A DNA stretch of 64,000 bases from the NCBI RefSeq assembly GCF_009914755.1, contig NC_060933.1. One strand, given 5' to 3'. A program made the position numbers and the translations under genes. Below, in pieces: positions 40,600 through 54,488 of this stretch. How positions within the stretch are numbered: position 1 is the first letter of the stretch; each line of letters opens with the position of its first letter. This DNA is from the human T2T-CHM13v2.0 reference genome, Homo sapiens. The notes beneath the pieces were generated by a model that saw only the letters and a program-made list of their open reading frames with translations, was not told the origin of the DNA and did not search any database.

Positions 40600-42377
40600 T
40601 AAAAAGCCTTCTCTGCATCAACAATTTTGTTGAGTATTCACATCTCACATCTTTATTCTTCTAGTTTGTGCTTCATTTTGTTTCAGTGGGACACAGTGGT
40701 GCGAAGCTGGAACTCTGAGCCAGGCAGACCTGCCTGGGGATTATGCTAATTAGCAGATGGATATCTCCTTGAGCTTCCTATATAAAACTTTATCATAGAG
40801 AATATTTCTGAAATGCCTGTTTACCCAACTTCACAGATTATTTAGACAAAAAGTGAATAGGTGTACACTGGAGATCTTCATCTGCAAATGTTTTTCCTCC
40901 CTGACAGAACCAACTGCCAGGTTTTAAAAAGTAGGTTTAGCTTGCTCAAAAGTCCCCTTTGAGGATCACGTGAGCCCAGGGGTTTGAGACCAGCCTGGGC
41001 AAGATAATGAGACCCTAGTTCTACAAAAAACATACAAAAATTAGCCAGAGATGATGACATGAGCCCGTAGTTCCAGCTACTCAGGAGGCTGAAGTGGGAG
41101 AGTTGCTTGAGCCTGGGAGGTTGAGGCTGCAGTAAGCCATGATCCTGCCTCTGCACTTCAGCCTGGACAATAAAGGGAGATCCTGTCTCAAAAAAAAAAA
41201 AAAATCCCTTTCACATCCATCCTTATAGGAAGTATGCCAGAGGAACAGGTATTGGAGCTTTTTTTAGTTTTCCCCATTTGTCTATGCAACCAATCATACA
41301 GATTTATTTTCCTTTCTTGGGTTCTTGGTTTTAAAAAGGTGCTTCATTCATGAATTCTGAGGATAGCTAGGGAAAATTTAAACCATTATAAACTGGGGAA
41401 TTTAGCTTTTAGACATCTCCAACAGGCTGTGCAGAAGTGGGTAGCATCCTCTGGTGGACAGTTTTGGAACCGGTATGGTCTCTGATGGGTGCACTGGAAC
41501 CAGTTGGGGAGATACAGATCCAGGGTGAATCCTCTCCAAAATCTCTCCTCAGCATTTTTCTGTGGCTCTCTGATGGTCAGCAAGTAAACGGCTGCTTTGT
41601 ATCCCTGATGACCTAGCAGGTCCAGTATTAAACCCACTATGAGTGGTTTGTGTGAGCCATGTGAGTTTTCTGCTTGCCCCAAATAAGAATGCCAGAGGAA
41701 TGGGAGAATTGTAAAATGAGTTTCTCCACAAAAGTGACTGAGTGGGCTGAACAGTAAAGGGCAGTGGATGTGGAAAACAAAAAAAGGGAGTGAATACAGG
41801 CAGAATCCACCCATCCTCTGACTCCCTGCCATTCTTCAAGTGGACAGATTTTAGGAGAGGTAAGGAAGAAACAGATATTAATTGCCTTAAGTAATTAATT
41901 AATTTTATTTTTAAATTTTTTGTAGAGGCAGGGTTTTGCCATGTTGCCCAGGCTGGTCTCGAACTCCCGGACAGGCTCAAGCCATCCACCCGCCTTGGCC
42001 CTCCCAAAGTGCTGGGATTACAAGCATGTGCCACCACACCTGGCTCAGATATTAACTCTCAACAACAACAAAAATATAGACATACACCAAGAAGGCAGAA
42101 GAGAAACTATAGTCATACAAGCCTGACAAAATTAGAGATGGAGTTGGCAATGAAATTGGTGGCATTCCAATGCCATGAACCGTGACTCACACTAGTGGGT
42201 TGCGACACTGGTAGTCCACTTGCAGTGAGAAGGACAGATTTGTAAATGTCATCAAAGGAAGTTCAAAGGCAATGCTGGTTTTGAATTAGCTTTTTAAACT
42301 GTAATATTATTTTTTAAATGTATATGCATTAAGTACATATGCATTGAAGCATTTCTTTCTCCACTTTGAAAGGAAGG

Positions 42378-42765
42378 TGTATTCATCTGTTCTCATGCTG
42401 CTATAAGGACATACCCGAGACTGGGTAATTTATAAAGGAAAGAGGTTTAATTGACTCACAGTTCCACATGGCTGGGGAGGCCACAGGAACCTTACAATCA
42501 TGGCTGAAGGGGAAGGGAACACATCCCTCTTCACATGGCGACAGGAGAAAGAAGTGCCGAACAAAGGGGAAAAAGCCCATTGTAAAACCATCAGATCTTG
42601 TGAGAACTCACTCACTATCATTAGAACAGCATGGGGCTAACAGCCCCCATGATTCAATTACCTCCCACCAGGTCCCTCCCACTGGGTCTCTCCCATGACA
42701 CGTGGGGATTATGGGAACTACAATTCAAGATGAGATTTGGCTGGGGACACAGCCAAACCGTATCA
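42378..42765 (-). mobile_element. MaLR solo LTR (THE1/MSTA type)
   Basis: TGTATT...CATACCCGAGACTGGGTAATTTATAAAG...CCAAACCGTATCA with exact 5-bp TSD GAAGG (42373-42377, 42766-42770). Confidence 0.9.
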
Positions 42766-43320
42766 GAAGGATTTTAATTTTGAGACTTCCTGTGATGTGC
42801 GTGAATTCCCTACAATTTGCAAATGTGCCTATTCATCAAGACTTCTATTTTGGAATAAGTATGGGTACTCTGTCTTTGACAAGTTATCATCAAAGGAAAC
42901 AATGAAAATTAAGTTTATGGAAGTCACAAGTCCATGTTGATACAAGAAAATGTTAATTGTCTTCCATATAAATTTCCAAAGCTGTTTATCAAAACTTAGA
43001 ATGCTGTACAGACCAATCCCAATTACAAGAATCTTAAATATAGTTGTGATCAAGTTGCTAATCATAACCTGTTGCAAACCCACAAGTCCACTGATTCACT
43101 GAAGTAATTTAGCTAAAAGTTATCTGTGAAGACACTACTGTTTGCTGTGCTTCTTAGTTCTCCTTTTACATACCTTATATGAAGAAATTCAATGGCTGGG
43201 TGTAGTGGCTCACACCTGTAATCCCAGCACTTTGGGATGCTGGGGTGGGAGGATTGCTTGAGGCCAGGAGTTTGAGACCAGCTGGGGCAACATAGCAAGA
43301 TCCTGTCTCCACAAAAATAA

Positions 43321-43449
<129 letters not shown>

Positions 43450-44259
43450 TAGGACTGCAGGTGCACTCCATTATACCCGGCTAATTTTTGTATTTTTTGT
43501 AGAGACAGAGTTTTGCCATGTTTCCTAGGCTGGTCTCAAACTCCCGGGCTCAAGCAATCCACCCAGCTTGGCCTTCCAAAGTGTTGGGATTCCGAGCGCC
43601 TGGCCCAAAAAATTTTTTTAAAAAGAAATTCAAGGTGCGGATAGATAATTAAGGAATGGAATGTAGAGGCTATATCTCGAAATCCATCTGTGATCATCTA
43701 ATCTTGACCTTTGGGCTAAAGAAATATAATCAAAAGCTAGATTTCAGGTAATAGGGGTTTTTTTTTTTTTTTTTTTGGCTTAAGATGTTATTACTCAAAT
43801 AATTATACTGGTCAAAACAACCTCCCCAGAAGATTGTTCTGACTGATTGAACATGTCCATCTAAGCAATTGGACCAGAGATAGTAAAGAACCCTCAAACC
43901 TCAGCGTTTGCCTGGGTTGTAGTATGAAATGAACTAATGAATGATAAGCCTCCTGATTCTTCTATTCAGCCTTGGGAAAGAAAGCCAGAAAGAAGATAGT
44001 TTTGCTCTGTGGGAAGATATTGTGGGGAGAACATTATAAATGATATAGCCCTGCAGCTGCAGTTAGAGGTACATCCAGACTAAACCCTGACTTCCCTCAG
44101 ACTGCAAAGGTGGAGATTCATGTAGTAAGTAGTCCAGGAAGAACCATGAACAGCAAGTTCATCATAAGCCACATTCACTTAGACATTCAACAAATGTTTA
44201 TTAAGCACCTACTATATACCAGATGCTGAATACATAGTAGTGGACAAAATATATTCCAT

Positions 44260-45100
44260 TTTATAGTTGGTTATTGCCAATAGAGATCAATGCTATTAAC
44301 TTTTCTGGGTTGAATTTGTGTGTTAATCTTGCTAAACTCTAATTCTAATAGCTTGATTGTTGATTCTGTTAGTTTTTCTAGATGCTCATATTATTTGTAA
44401 ATATCAGCAGTTTTATCTCTGCCTTTATAATGCTTACACTTTTTTCTTTTCCTCATAATGCAGACAAGAACCTCCAGTATCATATTAAACAGCAACAAGG
44501 GTATTCCAATGGCTTGTCTTTTTCCTGATCTTAAAGTATAGTTTGCTATAAGTCTAACTTTGCTGTAGATTTTTTATATATAAACTTTTCAAGGTAAGAA
44601 AAATGTCCAGCATTCCTACTTTGTAATTTTAAAAATCATAGTCATTAAACATTATAAAACATTTTTTCTGTATCACCTGTGGGAGCATGTGGTTTTTTCT
44701 TTAAATTTATTAATTATGAATCCATTGATAAATTTTCTGATTGTAAAACATCTTTACATTCCTGCAAAGACTTTTACTGGATCAAGATGTAGGACTTTTT
44801 AAAGACATTGTTGTTGGATTCAAATAGCTGTTATTTTCTTGTATTGCCCTTATCTGATTTTGGAATCAATATGACAATAGCCAATAATAAAATGAATGGG
44901 TTGATTTTGAAAATCTTCTATTTTCTATAGCAACTTGTCTTGTTTTGTTTTGTTTTTTCAGGAGAGACAGTCCTGAATGGCTTTTAAGTTTCTTTAATAT
45001 TAATACAAGCATGAATTTTGATATTTTATATTTTTTAGGAACTTTTGCATTTCATCCAAATTTTCCAATTTCCTGTCCATATGATGACTATGTCAATATT
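44260..45100 (-). mobile_element. Old L1 (L1M) fragment
   Basis: T-rich degenerate ORF2 antisense sequence (CTTGTCTTTTTCCTGATCTT, CATCTTTACATTCCTG). Confidence 0.5.
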
Positions 45101-46236
45101 TTATTTCAGATTCTGGTTCATAGGGTTTCCTATGGTGAGAGAGATGAAGTGAGATCTGGTTCAGGCAGCACTTTTCAAGCATGGTGTTCATTTTTTTGAG
45201 TAGGATGATTCTATAAAGGATGTGTCCTTCCATGATTAGTCTGACATCTGATCTTGGCCTGGATGAGGCCTTTTGTGATTCTTCCTGGCTCCCCTGTAGT
45301 CTGCCTTATCTTCCTTCAGGCTGGGCATGCTCCTTTATGGTGCTGGCCATGGTTAGCTACTAAAAGGGAGAAAAGAGAACCTTAAAGGAGTATGGAGCAA
45401 AAGATGCAGTAACTGCATGCTTAGTAGATACAGGATTTCTATTTGGAGTGATGAAAATTTCTGGAACTAGACAGTGGTGGTGATTGTACAACACTGTGAA
45501 TGTACTTAATGCTACTGAATTGTATGCTTTAAAATAGTTAAAATGGTAAATGTGATGTTATATTAATTCACGATATAAAATTTTTTAAAAAATAAATAAT
45601 GAGGCCAGGTGCAGTGGCTCACACCTGTAATCCTAGTACTTTTGGGAGGCCTAGACGGGCGGATCACCTGAGGTCAGGAGTTTGAGACCAGCCTGGCCAA
45701 TATGGTGAAACCCTGTCTCTACTAAAAATACAAAAATTAGCCAGGCATGGTGGCAGGCGCCTGTAATCCCAGTAACTCGGCAGGCTGAGGCAGGAGAATC
45801 GCTTGAACCGGGAGGCGGAGGTTGCAGTGAGCCAAGATCGTGCCATTGCACTCCAGCCTGGGTGACAAAAGCAAAACATCATCTCAAAAAAATTAAATAA
45901 ATAAAGAATGCAGAGAGCAGCTAATTACTCCTAAAGTGGAGGGAAAAGTAAACAAATATGGAACTTAGAACTCAGAGAAAGCTCTTCCCTGATCTGAGAT
46001 TTTTAAAAATTGTGATAAAATACACATAACATAGAATATACTGTTTTAACCATTTTAAAATATACATTTTAAAGGATATCCAGTACCTGTCAAGCATGCA
46101 TTTACTACTTCTTTTGCTCTGAGGGGAGAGTATGGTTGCCCTAGGAGCATGCTGCCTGCTTTCGTGGGGAAGAAACTGGCCTCTGTTGAGAGCTAACAGC
46201 TGCCACCAACCTGGTGACAAAGTAACTGACTCAAGC

Positions 46237-46990
46237 TGCATTAGTGTCCTAGGGCTGTTGTAACAAACAAAGTACCACACACTAGATGGCTTAAAGCAGC
46301 TAGAAATTTATTTTCTCACAGTTCTGGGGGTGGGAAGTCTAAAATCAAGGTATTAGCAGGGTTGGATCCTTCTGGGGCCTCTGAGGGAGGAGGGGTTCCA
46401 CGCCTCTCCCCAGGCTCCTGGTGGTTGCCAGCAATCCTTGGCATTCTCCGGTTTGTGGTAGCATAACCCCAGCCTCTGCCTCTGTCTTCTGTGGTCATCT
46501 TCTCTTGTGCCTCTGTTTTCTCTTCTTTTGATGACATGAGGCCGGGCGGTGGCTCACGCCTGTAAACCCAGCACTTTGGGAGGCCGAGGCAGGCGAATCA
46601 CCTGAGGTCAGGAGTTTGAGACCAGCCTGGCCAACATGGTAAAACCCCGTCTCCACTGAAAATACAAACATTAGCTGGTGTGGTGGTGCATGCCTGTAAT
46701 CCCAATTAGTCAGGAGCCTGAGGCAGAATGATCACTTGAACCCAGGAGGCAGAGGTTGCACTGAGCAGAGATTGCACCACTGCACTCCGGCCTGGGCAAC
46801 ACAGCAAGACTTGTCTAAAAAAAAAAAAAAAAAAGACACCGTCATTGGATTAGGGTCCACCCTAAGCCAGAGTGACTTCACTAATTTACATTTACAAAGA
46901 CCCTATTTCCAAATAAGGTCATATTCACAGGCACCAGGATTTAGGACTTGAACATATATTTTTGGGGGGACATAATTCAACCCACAACAA
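46237..46990 (-). mobile_element. MLT1-type MaLR LTR interrupted by an Alu (46540-46834)
   Basis: Typical MLT1 motifs (TCTCACAGTTCTGG, CCCTATTTCCAAATAAGGTCATATTC, ATTCAACCCACAACA). Confidence 0.75.
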
Positions 46991-49219
46991 GAGCCATCCC
47001 CAATGTGGCAGCAAATAAACTGGTGCTGAACAGGGAAACCTGCACATCGATCTGTTTGCTTTGAGAAGAAAATATCCCTTTCTTTTTCCACGTTTGTAGT
47101 GTCCTTCAAGTACCCTCTACTGGCAGAGTTTAACATCCAGCCAGCTGGCAAAGGGGAATGGACTTTGCATCGTTCCCTGGGGCAAGGAAGGATGGGTTCA
47201 AAGCTCAGAGGCAATAAATTAATAACTGCCATATCAGGGGACCAAAGTTCTCTCTGCTTTGAAGTGAGCTTCAGCTAGCCTCATTCGATCTTCTTCATTT
47301 TATTTTATTGTGGTCACAACACTTAACATGAGATCTACCCTCCGAACACATTTATTTTTTTTCTTTTCTATGGCTGAAATAGAACTCGTTGTTGTTGTTT
47401 GAGACAGTGTTTTGCTCTGTCGCGGAGGCTGGAGTTCCCTGGTGCAAACTTAGCTCACTGCAACCTCCACCTCTCGGGTTCAAGTGATTCTCCCACCTCA
47501 GCCTTTCGGATAGCTGGGATTACAGGCGCCCACCACCACGCCCAGCTAATTTTTGTATTTTTAGTGGAGATGGGGTTTCACCATGTTGGCCAGGCTGGTC
47601 TCGAACTCCTGACCTCAAGTGATCTGCCTGCCTCGGCCTCCCAAAGTGCTGGGAGTTGTTTTGAGACCAGGTCTCACTTTGTCACCCAAGCTGGAGTGCA
47701 GTGGCCTAATCATATCTCTGCAGCTTCAAACTCCCAGGATTAAGCAATCCTCCCACCTCGGCCTCCCAAGCAGTTGGGACTACAGGTGCAAGCCAGTGCA
47801 CCCAGTAAATTTTAAAATTTATTGTAGAAGCCGGGCGCGGTGGCTCATGCCTGTAATCCCAGCAGGCACATCCATTCAAACCATAGCACTCAGGGGTTTG
47901 AACTCTAATCTAATCTGAGGGGAAAGTTGAGTAAAAGTTACATCGCCAAATTTGCAATATGGGAAATTTCCTCTATCTGAAGGCAGCGTGGGAACTTCTT
48001 CAATTTGGGAAGAAGAGCCCTGAACAAGTAGCAGTGAGCATCTATAAGAGGAGCTTGCATGGAGGAAATGGACTGGGTAAGCTGCATATCTGAAAGGCCT
48101 CACGGGAGGCAAGGGTCAATGAGAATCCTCAAAGGTTTCAAATTGGAAACGACATGATCCAATGTGGAGATGGTTGGCATCTACAACACAACATGTTTCA
48201 AGCAAATGCCCCATTCTACTCCATAAGTCTACTTTACTTCTGTGTTCCCTGTTTCCAGAGTGGTACCTGGTTGCCCAAACTGGGAACCTGGGCATTATCA
48301 TGACTCACTCATCTCCTTCACTCTTCCAGAGCCAACGACTAAATACTGTCCATTTTGCTGCATAAATATATTTTAACTTTTTTCTATTTCTTTTCCTTTC
48401 CCAGAGCCACTACCTAGAAATAGACCTGTAGCATCTGTTACTTGGACTTTTTTTTTTTTTTTTCCTTTGAGACAGAGTCTTGCTCTGTCGCCCAGGCTGG
48501 AGTGCAATGGTGTGATCTCGGCTCACTGCAACCTCTGCCTCCTGGGTTCAAGCAATTCTCCCAGGCTCAGCCTCCTGAGTAGCTGGGATTACAGGTGCCT
48601 GCCACCATGCCTGGCTAATTTTTGTGTTTTTAGTAGAGATGGGGTTTCACCATGTTGGCTAGGCTGGTCTTGAACTCCTGACCTCAGATGATCCACCCAC
48701 TTCGGCCTCCCAAAGTGCTGGGATTACAGGCTACTTGGACTCATAACTGTCTCCTAATGGTCTTCCTGATACATCCCAACTCATTTTCCCAGGCAGAGTA
48801 ATGGTTCTGAAATGTCAATCCGAAGGTGTCACTTTTTGCTCAAAGACCCCATATTGGCCTTTCCATTGCTCTTAAGATAAGGAACAACTTCTTTGACATG
48901 GGATAAAATGACCCTTTGCAACTTGGCTTTCTCCAGTTTCATCTCCTACACTCCTTACCTCTACTCCTAGTCATATAGGTTGTCTTTCATTTTTTGAAAA
49001 GCTTTATTATTATTTTTTTCTTGCCCATGGCTCGTTTCTCTTCTTGGTACTTATTTCACACTCCCTTGTCCCCAAACTCCTCTCTAATTCACATCCTTCA
49101 AGCCATTCTCTATTCGTCCTCCAAAGTCAGTTTAGCTGTCAGCTCCTACTGGAATTGATGCTTGTAATTGATCCCGATCCTAATAATTTCAGGAGACCCT
49201 CCCATGTGTTTCCATTCAT

Positions 49220-49620
49220 TTTATCTTTCTCATTATATATATATATAAGCATATATATAAGCCATATATAAGCATATATAAACATATATGAGATACAAAT
49301 GTAAATAAGCATATATGATACACAAAATTGTTATTATATATATAACTTTTGTATCTCATTACATATACATGTATCTCTCTCATTACATATATAACTGTAT
49401 ATGTTGCTATATAGTCCCATGCAATATTTAGTGGGCTGAGGTGAAAAATAGACACATATATGTTATATATGTAATGACAGAGACATATATGTGTAATGAG
49501 ATTATATATATTATATATGTAATGAGGGAGATATATGTAATGAGAGATATATATTTATTCAATGAGAAATACAAAATTATAATGTATATTCATTATGTAT
49601 TATAAGTATATAATGCTATG
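49220..49620. repeat. AT-rich low-complexity (TA)-type repeat region
   Basis: Degenerate ATATATAAGC and TAATGAGAGATAT units. Confidence 0.75.
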
Positions 49621-50049
49621 TATCAGTATTTGATTTCACTTTATTAAAAGAGTTGATTATATCTGAACGTTTATTTATTTGTTACTGACTGTCATCCTCC
49701 ATCAGAATATATGCTCTCTGAAGTTGAGCTTCTTGTTTACTTTGCTCACCACTGTATCCCCAGTGCCTAAGTAACAGTGCCCGGCTCAGAGTAGAGACTC
49801 AATAAACATTTACCAGATGAATGATAGAAACAGATTTTTTGAGGCAAAGTTTTTCATGTTGCCATATAGTCCCATGCAATATTTTGGACATACTTATACT
49901 AAAAAATTATTATCTGAAATTCAAATGTAGGCCGGGCACGGTGGCTCACGCCTGTAATCCTAGCATTTTGGAAGGATCGCTTGATCCTTCCAGCAGGTTG
50001 TCCCGGGAACGCGCAGCCCAAGGTGGACGCACAGACCCGCGTACAGAGA

Positions 50050-50207
50050 TTTTTTATTGTCATGACTGGGGGTGGTGGCACTACTGGCATTTAGTGTGGA
50101 GAGGCCAGATATGCTGCTAAACATCTTACAATGCAAAGGGCAGCCCCTCAAAGGCAAAGAATTATCTGGTCTAAAATGTCAATAGCGTGGAGGCTGAGAA
50201 AAACTGA
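50050..50207. mobile_element. MER20 DNA transposon fragment (MER53-like piece at ~49860-49928)
   Basis: ACTACTGGCATTTAGTG...GATATGCTGCTAAACATCTTACAATGCA...AATTATCTGG...AAAATGTCAATAG...GAGAAAAACTG. Confidence 0.7.
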
Positions 50208-50429
50208 ACTAGATGGCTATGAACTTTCAGGGTCCCTACCTAGTACACAGGCAGCGCCTAGAATTGCTAAGTTCATCTTCCGTTTGGAAAGGCAGCATGG
50301 GGTTAGTGAGAGGAAGGCGCCCGGGGCTGGTGGCTGGCTTTAAAGGCCTACGTGCAAATCTTCTTGACGCTGATAACGGGATGCGAGAGAGCCAGGTAGG
50401 TTACCTATTGCAGCAGGTCAAGTGATGAT

Positions 50430-51320
<891 letters not shown>

Positions 51321-52599
51321 CCCTCTTCCTTTTTGTGACATTGTTATGCAAAACTTTGGCCATCTTACGATTTCGTGAAAATATTTTAATAACGTGCATT
51401 TCACATTCGAAAAGCAGGGTGATCATTATTAGTAGGATCTGGGGTAGCCCACAACAGGGAAAGTCTCGAATATCAAGTGACAACTGTGATCGCATCAGTT
51501 TGATATGACAGAAAATTGGTTTCTGGAAATAGTGTTAATGGTGACGCTTAGTTTGGGTTTAAGGAACTAAGAAAACACTGAGAAGAACAATGAACACCAG
51601 TCAAAAGGCTGGATGTGAGTCTTTGCTGTGACACCCCTGTATGACCTTGGATAGTGACTTATTATGTTGAAATAGCTGTTTCTTCATATGCAAAATTAAG
51701 GCCATGATACCTCCTCTCAGAGTTATTATGGGGATTAAATGATAAGTGTGCGAACCGCCCCCCTTTCCATAGGATCCATAAATAGGTGCTTAATGACTTG
51801 GGTACAAAACTCTGAGAATTTCTAGTAGGAAATATTTTGTGAATATGTATTTGTATTTCATTTGACAGGTTTTATTGAGTCTTGTGGGGATGAGAGATTT
51901 AGCCCGATGCTGTTTTCTTCTACTACTGCAAAAAATCAAACCATCTAGGACATCACGAAGTATAAATCGTACTTGATGGTGGTATTACTGCTTGAAGGGC
52001 CCCATCATACTAATGCGTCAGCGATTGTAGTTGTAAAGTATTTCTTTTCTAGCCTTTTTTTTTTTTTCCCGAGGCAAAATTTTCTATGTTGCCAGGTAGC
52101 CTGCTTTTAATGATTGTACTTTGAGTGGATATAATTTTACCTTGGATTGTTCCTCCAGATTGTTTTTCCAGAGCTGAAAATAGTCAAGGAGCTAACAACT
52201 TTATTGATGCCTTCCAGAGCAGTTTGGATAATTTGGAGTCATAAAATGAGTGGTGGAGGGGCGGGCCCTGAACTAGGTAAACTAGGTGAATTGAACTAGG
52301 TAAAATTTAATTTACCTAGTTCATTAAATTCTCACTAGCGTTAGTGAGATTGTAATTTTTATTGGCAGTTAACTGAGGGATGGCTGGGGAACTGGGAAAG
52401 TGCTGAGGCCCCAAAGGGCTTTGTTGCCGATTATGTAAAAAGTGATGGAAAAAAGACTCCAGAAAAAATAGGAAAGAACTCTCCATCCAAGGCACTTCAG
52501 CATATGAAGCTCCAACCTCTGTTCCTTGTAGTCAGCCAGAAGCCCTGCTGGTGCGTGAGGGAGCCCTGGACCAGTGTGTGAAATCATAATGGGATTTAC

Positions 52600-52773
52600 T
52601 AGGGATAGTAAAATTGATAGGATTAGGGATGTTAATCATGTTAATTTGTTTCAGGCGCAAGATGGTAATAAGGTTGTGGTGCTTGAATTTAGGTTGAGTG
52701 TCAGGAATGCAGTAGTTGTTAGGATGATATAGATAATTAGGTTAAAGATAGTGATATTTGGATTGTATATCAG
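52600..52773 (-). pseudogene. NUMT: nuclear copy of a mitochondrial ND2 fragment
   Basis: In the vertebrate mitochondrial code the minus strand reads [58 protein letters not shown], colinear with human ND2 ([58 protein letters not shown]). Both Trp codons are TGA. Confidence 0.93.
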
Positions 52774-52778
52774 TTATC

Positions 52779-54488
52779 CCATTATGATTTCACACACTGC
52801 TTTATAAACTAAGACCATGCAATAGTATTTAGTGTGTTTGACTTTTGGGGATTTAGGGAGTTTATGGACTTTGGAAGTTAAACAAGTGGACGCTTACCCT
52901 CTGTGTCAACCCATCTTCTGGAAGATGGAGAACTTCCAGAAGAGAGGGCAGCAGAAACACTGCCAGCTGTTGCCTTCTGCTGGGCTTTGTAGGAGTGGAG
53001 ATGAGTAGTTTTGGCATGAGAATGGTGAGCATGTTGGTAAGAACTTTGAAAACAAGTGCCATGATTAGAGGGTAGAAATAGTGATGGTAGAGATTCCTGC
53101 TGGGAGGGCCACCAGGAGAGACTGATCAGTGCCCCCATCCCGGAACTGATCTGATGAATCTATATGGTTGCCTCTAAAGGTTTCTACCCCTAAAGTTTAC
53201 CACTCATTGTCAGCTAATGAAAAGCTAGATAAAATAAGTGATCCACTCAAGATCAAGGAACGTTTAGGCAGTTAAAGACCAGTATGTCTGGAGTAGGTAA
53301 CACTTGTACTCTTGACTCTGACGGGTTTGTGATAGCTACAAATATCTTGGAACAGGGGAGTGGAAGTGGAGTTGTACTGGTGGAGGAGGGAATGAGGGGA
53401 GTGTTCTGTAGCTCCCCCAGAACGCCCACTGTCTTACTGTGGAAATTATCTGTGAGACAAAAGGGATGTCTGGAGATATTTTGGACCCTGGAAAATCAGA
53501 CCCAGCAGAACTCTTTGAAAACTTGCATTTTAAATTTATGGAGATGAACATATATTCATCTTCCAAGTGGAGCACCTCCAAGAACTATTTACCTCATTGA
53601 AGATGCTCTCTCTTGGAATAAGGATAAGGACTTTGACTTGCTGTCTGTGGGAGCAATTATTACAGGGTGGTCTGCTTTAACTTCTGTCATAACGGAGAAT
53701 TGTGAGGAAGTTGCCAAAGAATATGTTTTCTGGGTAATGCAAGGTTTTAATGAACTGAGGTCATCCAATTTGGAGGGCTTCAGCCTTGCACATTATCCGT
53801 TGAGGCAATGGAGATGTAATGGCTGTTTGTTTGGATTGTATCCTCCGGCTGTAAAAAGGGTTTGTGAAGGATAAAAGGTCCAGGTGGCGTTTGCTAAGAG
53901 CAGGTCAGATAGAATAGTGGGAGAAGCTGAGTTCCAGTGGCTCTGGAATAAAAACGGGATGCAGAAGCCTGTATCTGAATGTTGATAATAAATGCATCAC
54001 CAAAATGGAAACTATAATTATGTAAAACATCAGTGGATTTATGATTCTGAGGTGGTTTTGGTCAAATAAATGCCCTTTTGAGGGGGTTTTGTTTTTTTTT
54101 TTAGGTGGTGGTGGTTAAAAAATAAGTACACTAACATGACTTAAATACAGTTGGTAAGACAAGAAGATATGACATTTGATCATCACTATTTTAGCAAAAA
54201 GATTTTACCTGTGCATGGAGAAATGGAGGAAAACCAAAAAAAAAGAAGTGTGGGTAATAATGGAAGGCAAAGGCACTGGCCTCATGCTTTCACCAAGTCA
54301 TGCTTAGTTCAGATTCCCAAATAAATTACAGTTCCAGATCTCAGCAAAACTTCAAACCATTATGATTTCACACACTGCTTTATAAACTAAGACCATGCAG
54401 TTGTATTTAGTGTGTTTGACTTTTGGGGATTTAGGGAGTTTATGGACTTTGGAAGTTAAACAAGTGGACACTTACCCTCTGTGTCAAC
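52779..54488 (+). repeat. 132-bp direct duplication (52779-52910 and 54357-54488)
   Basis: 129/132 identical by manual alignment. Confidence 0.95.

Noticed and set aside
52572-52799. NUMT cassette as a MITE/hAT transposon (inverted repeats starting CAGTG)
   Set aside because: No target-site duplication (CCCTGGAC left vs CTTTATAA right), and the right arm continues seamlessly into the local 132-bp duplication, so the arms are copied local DNA.
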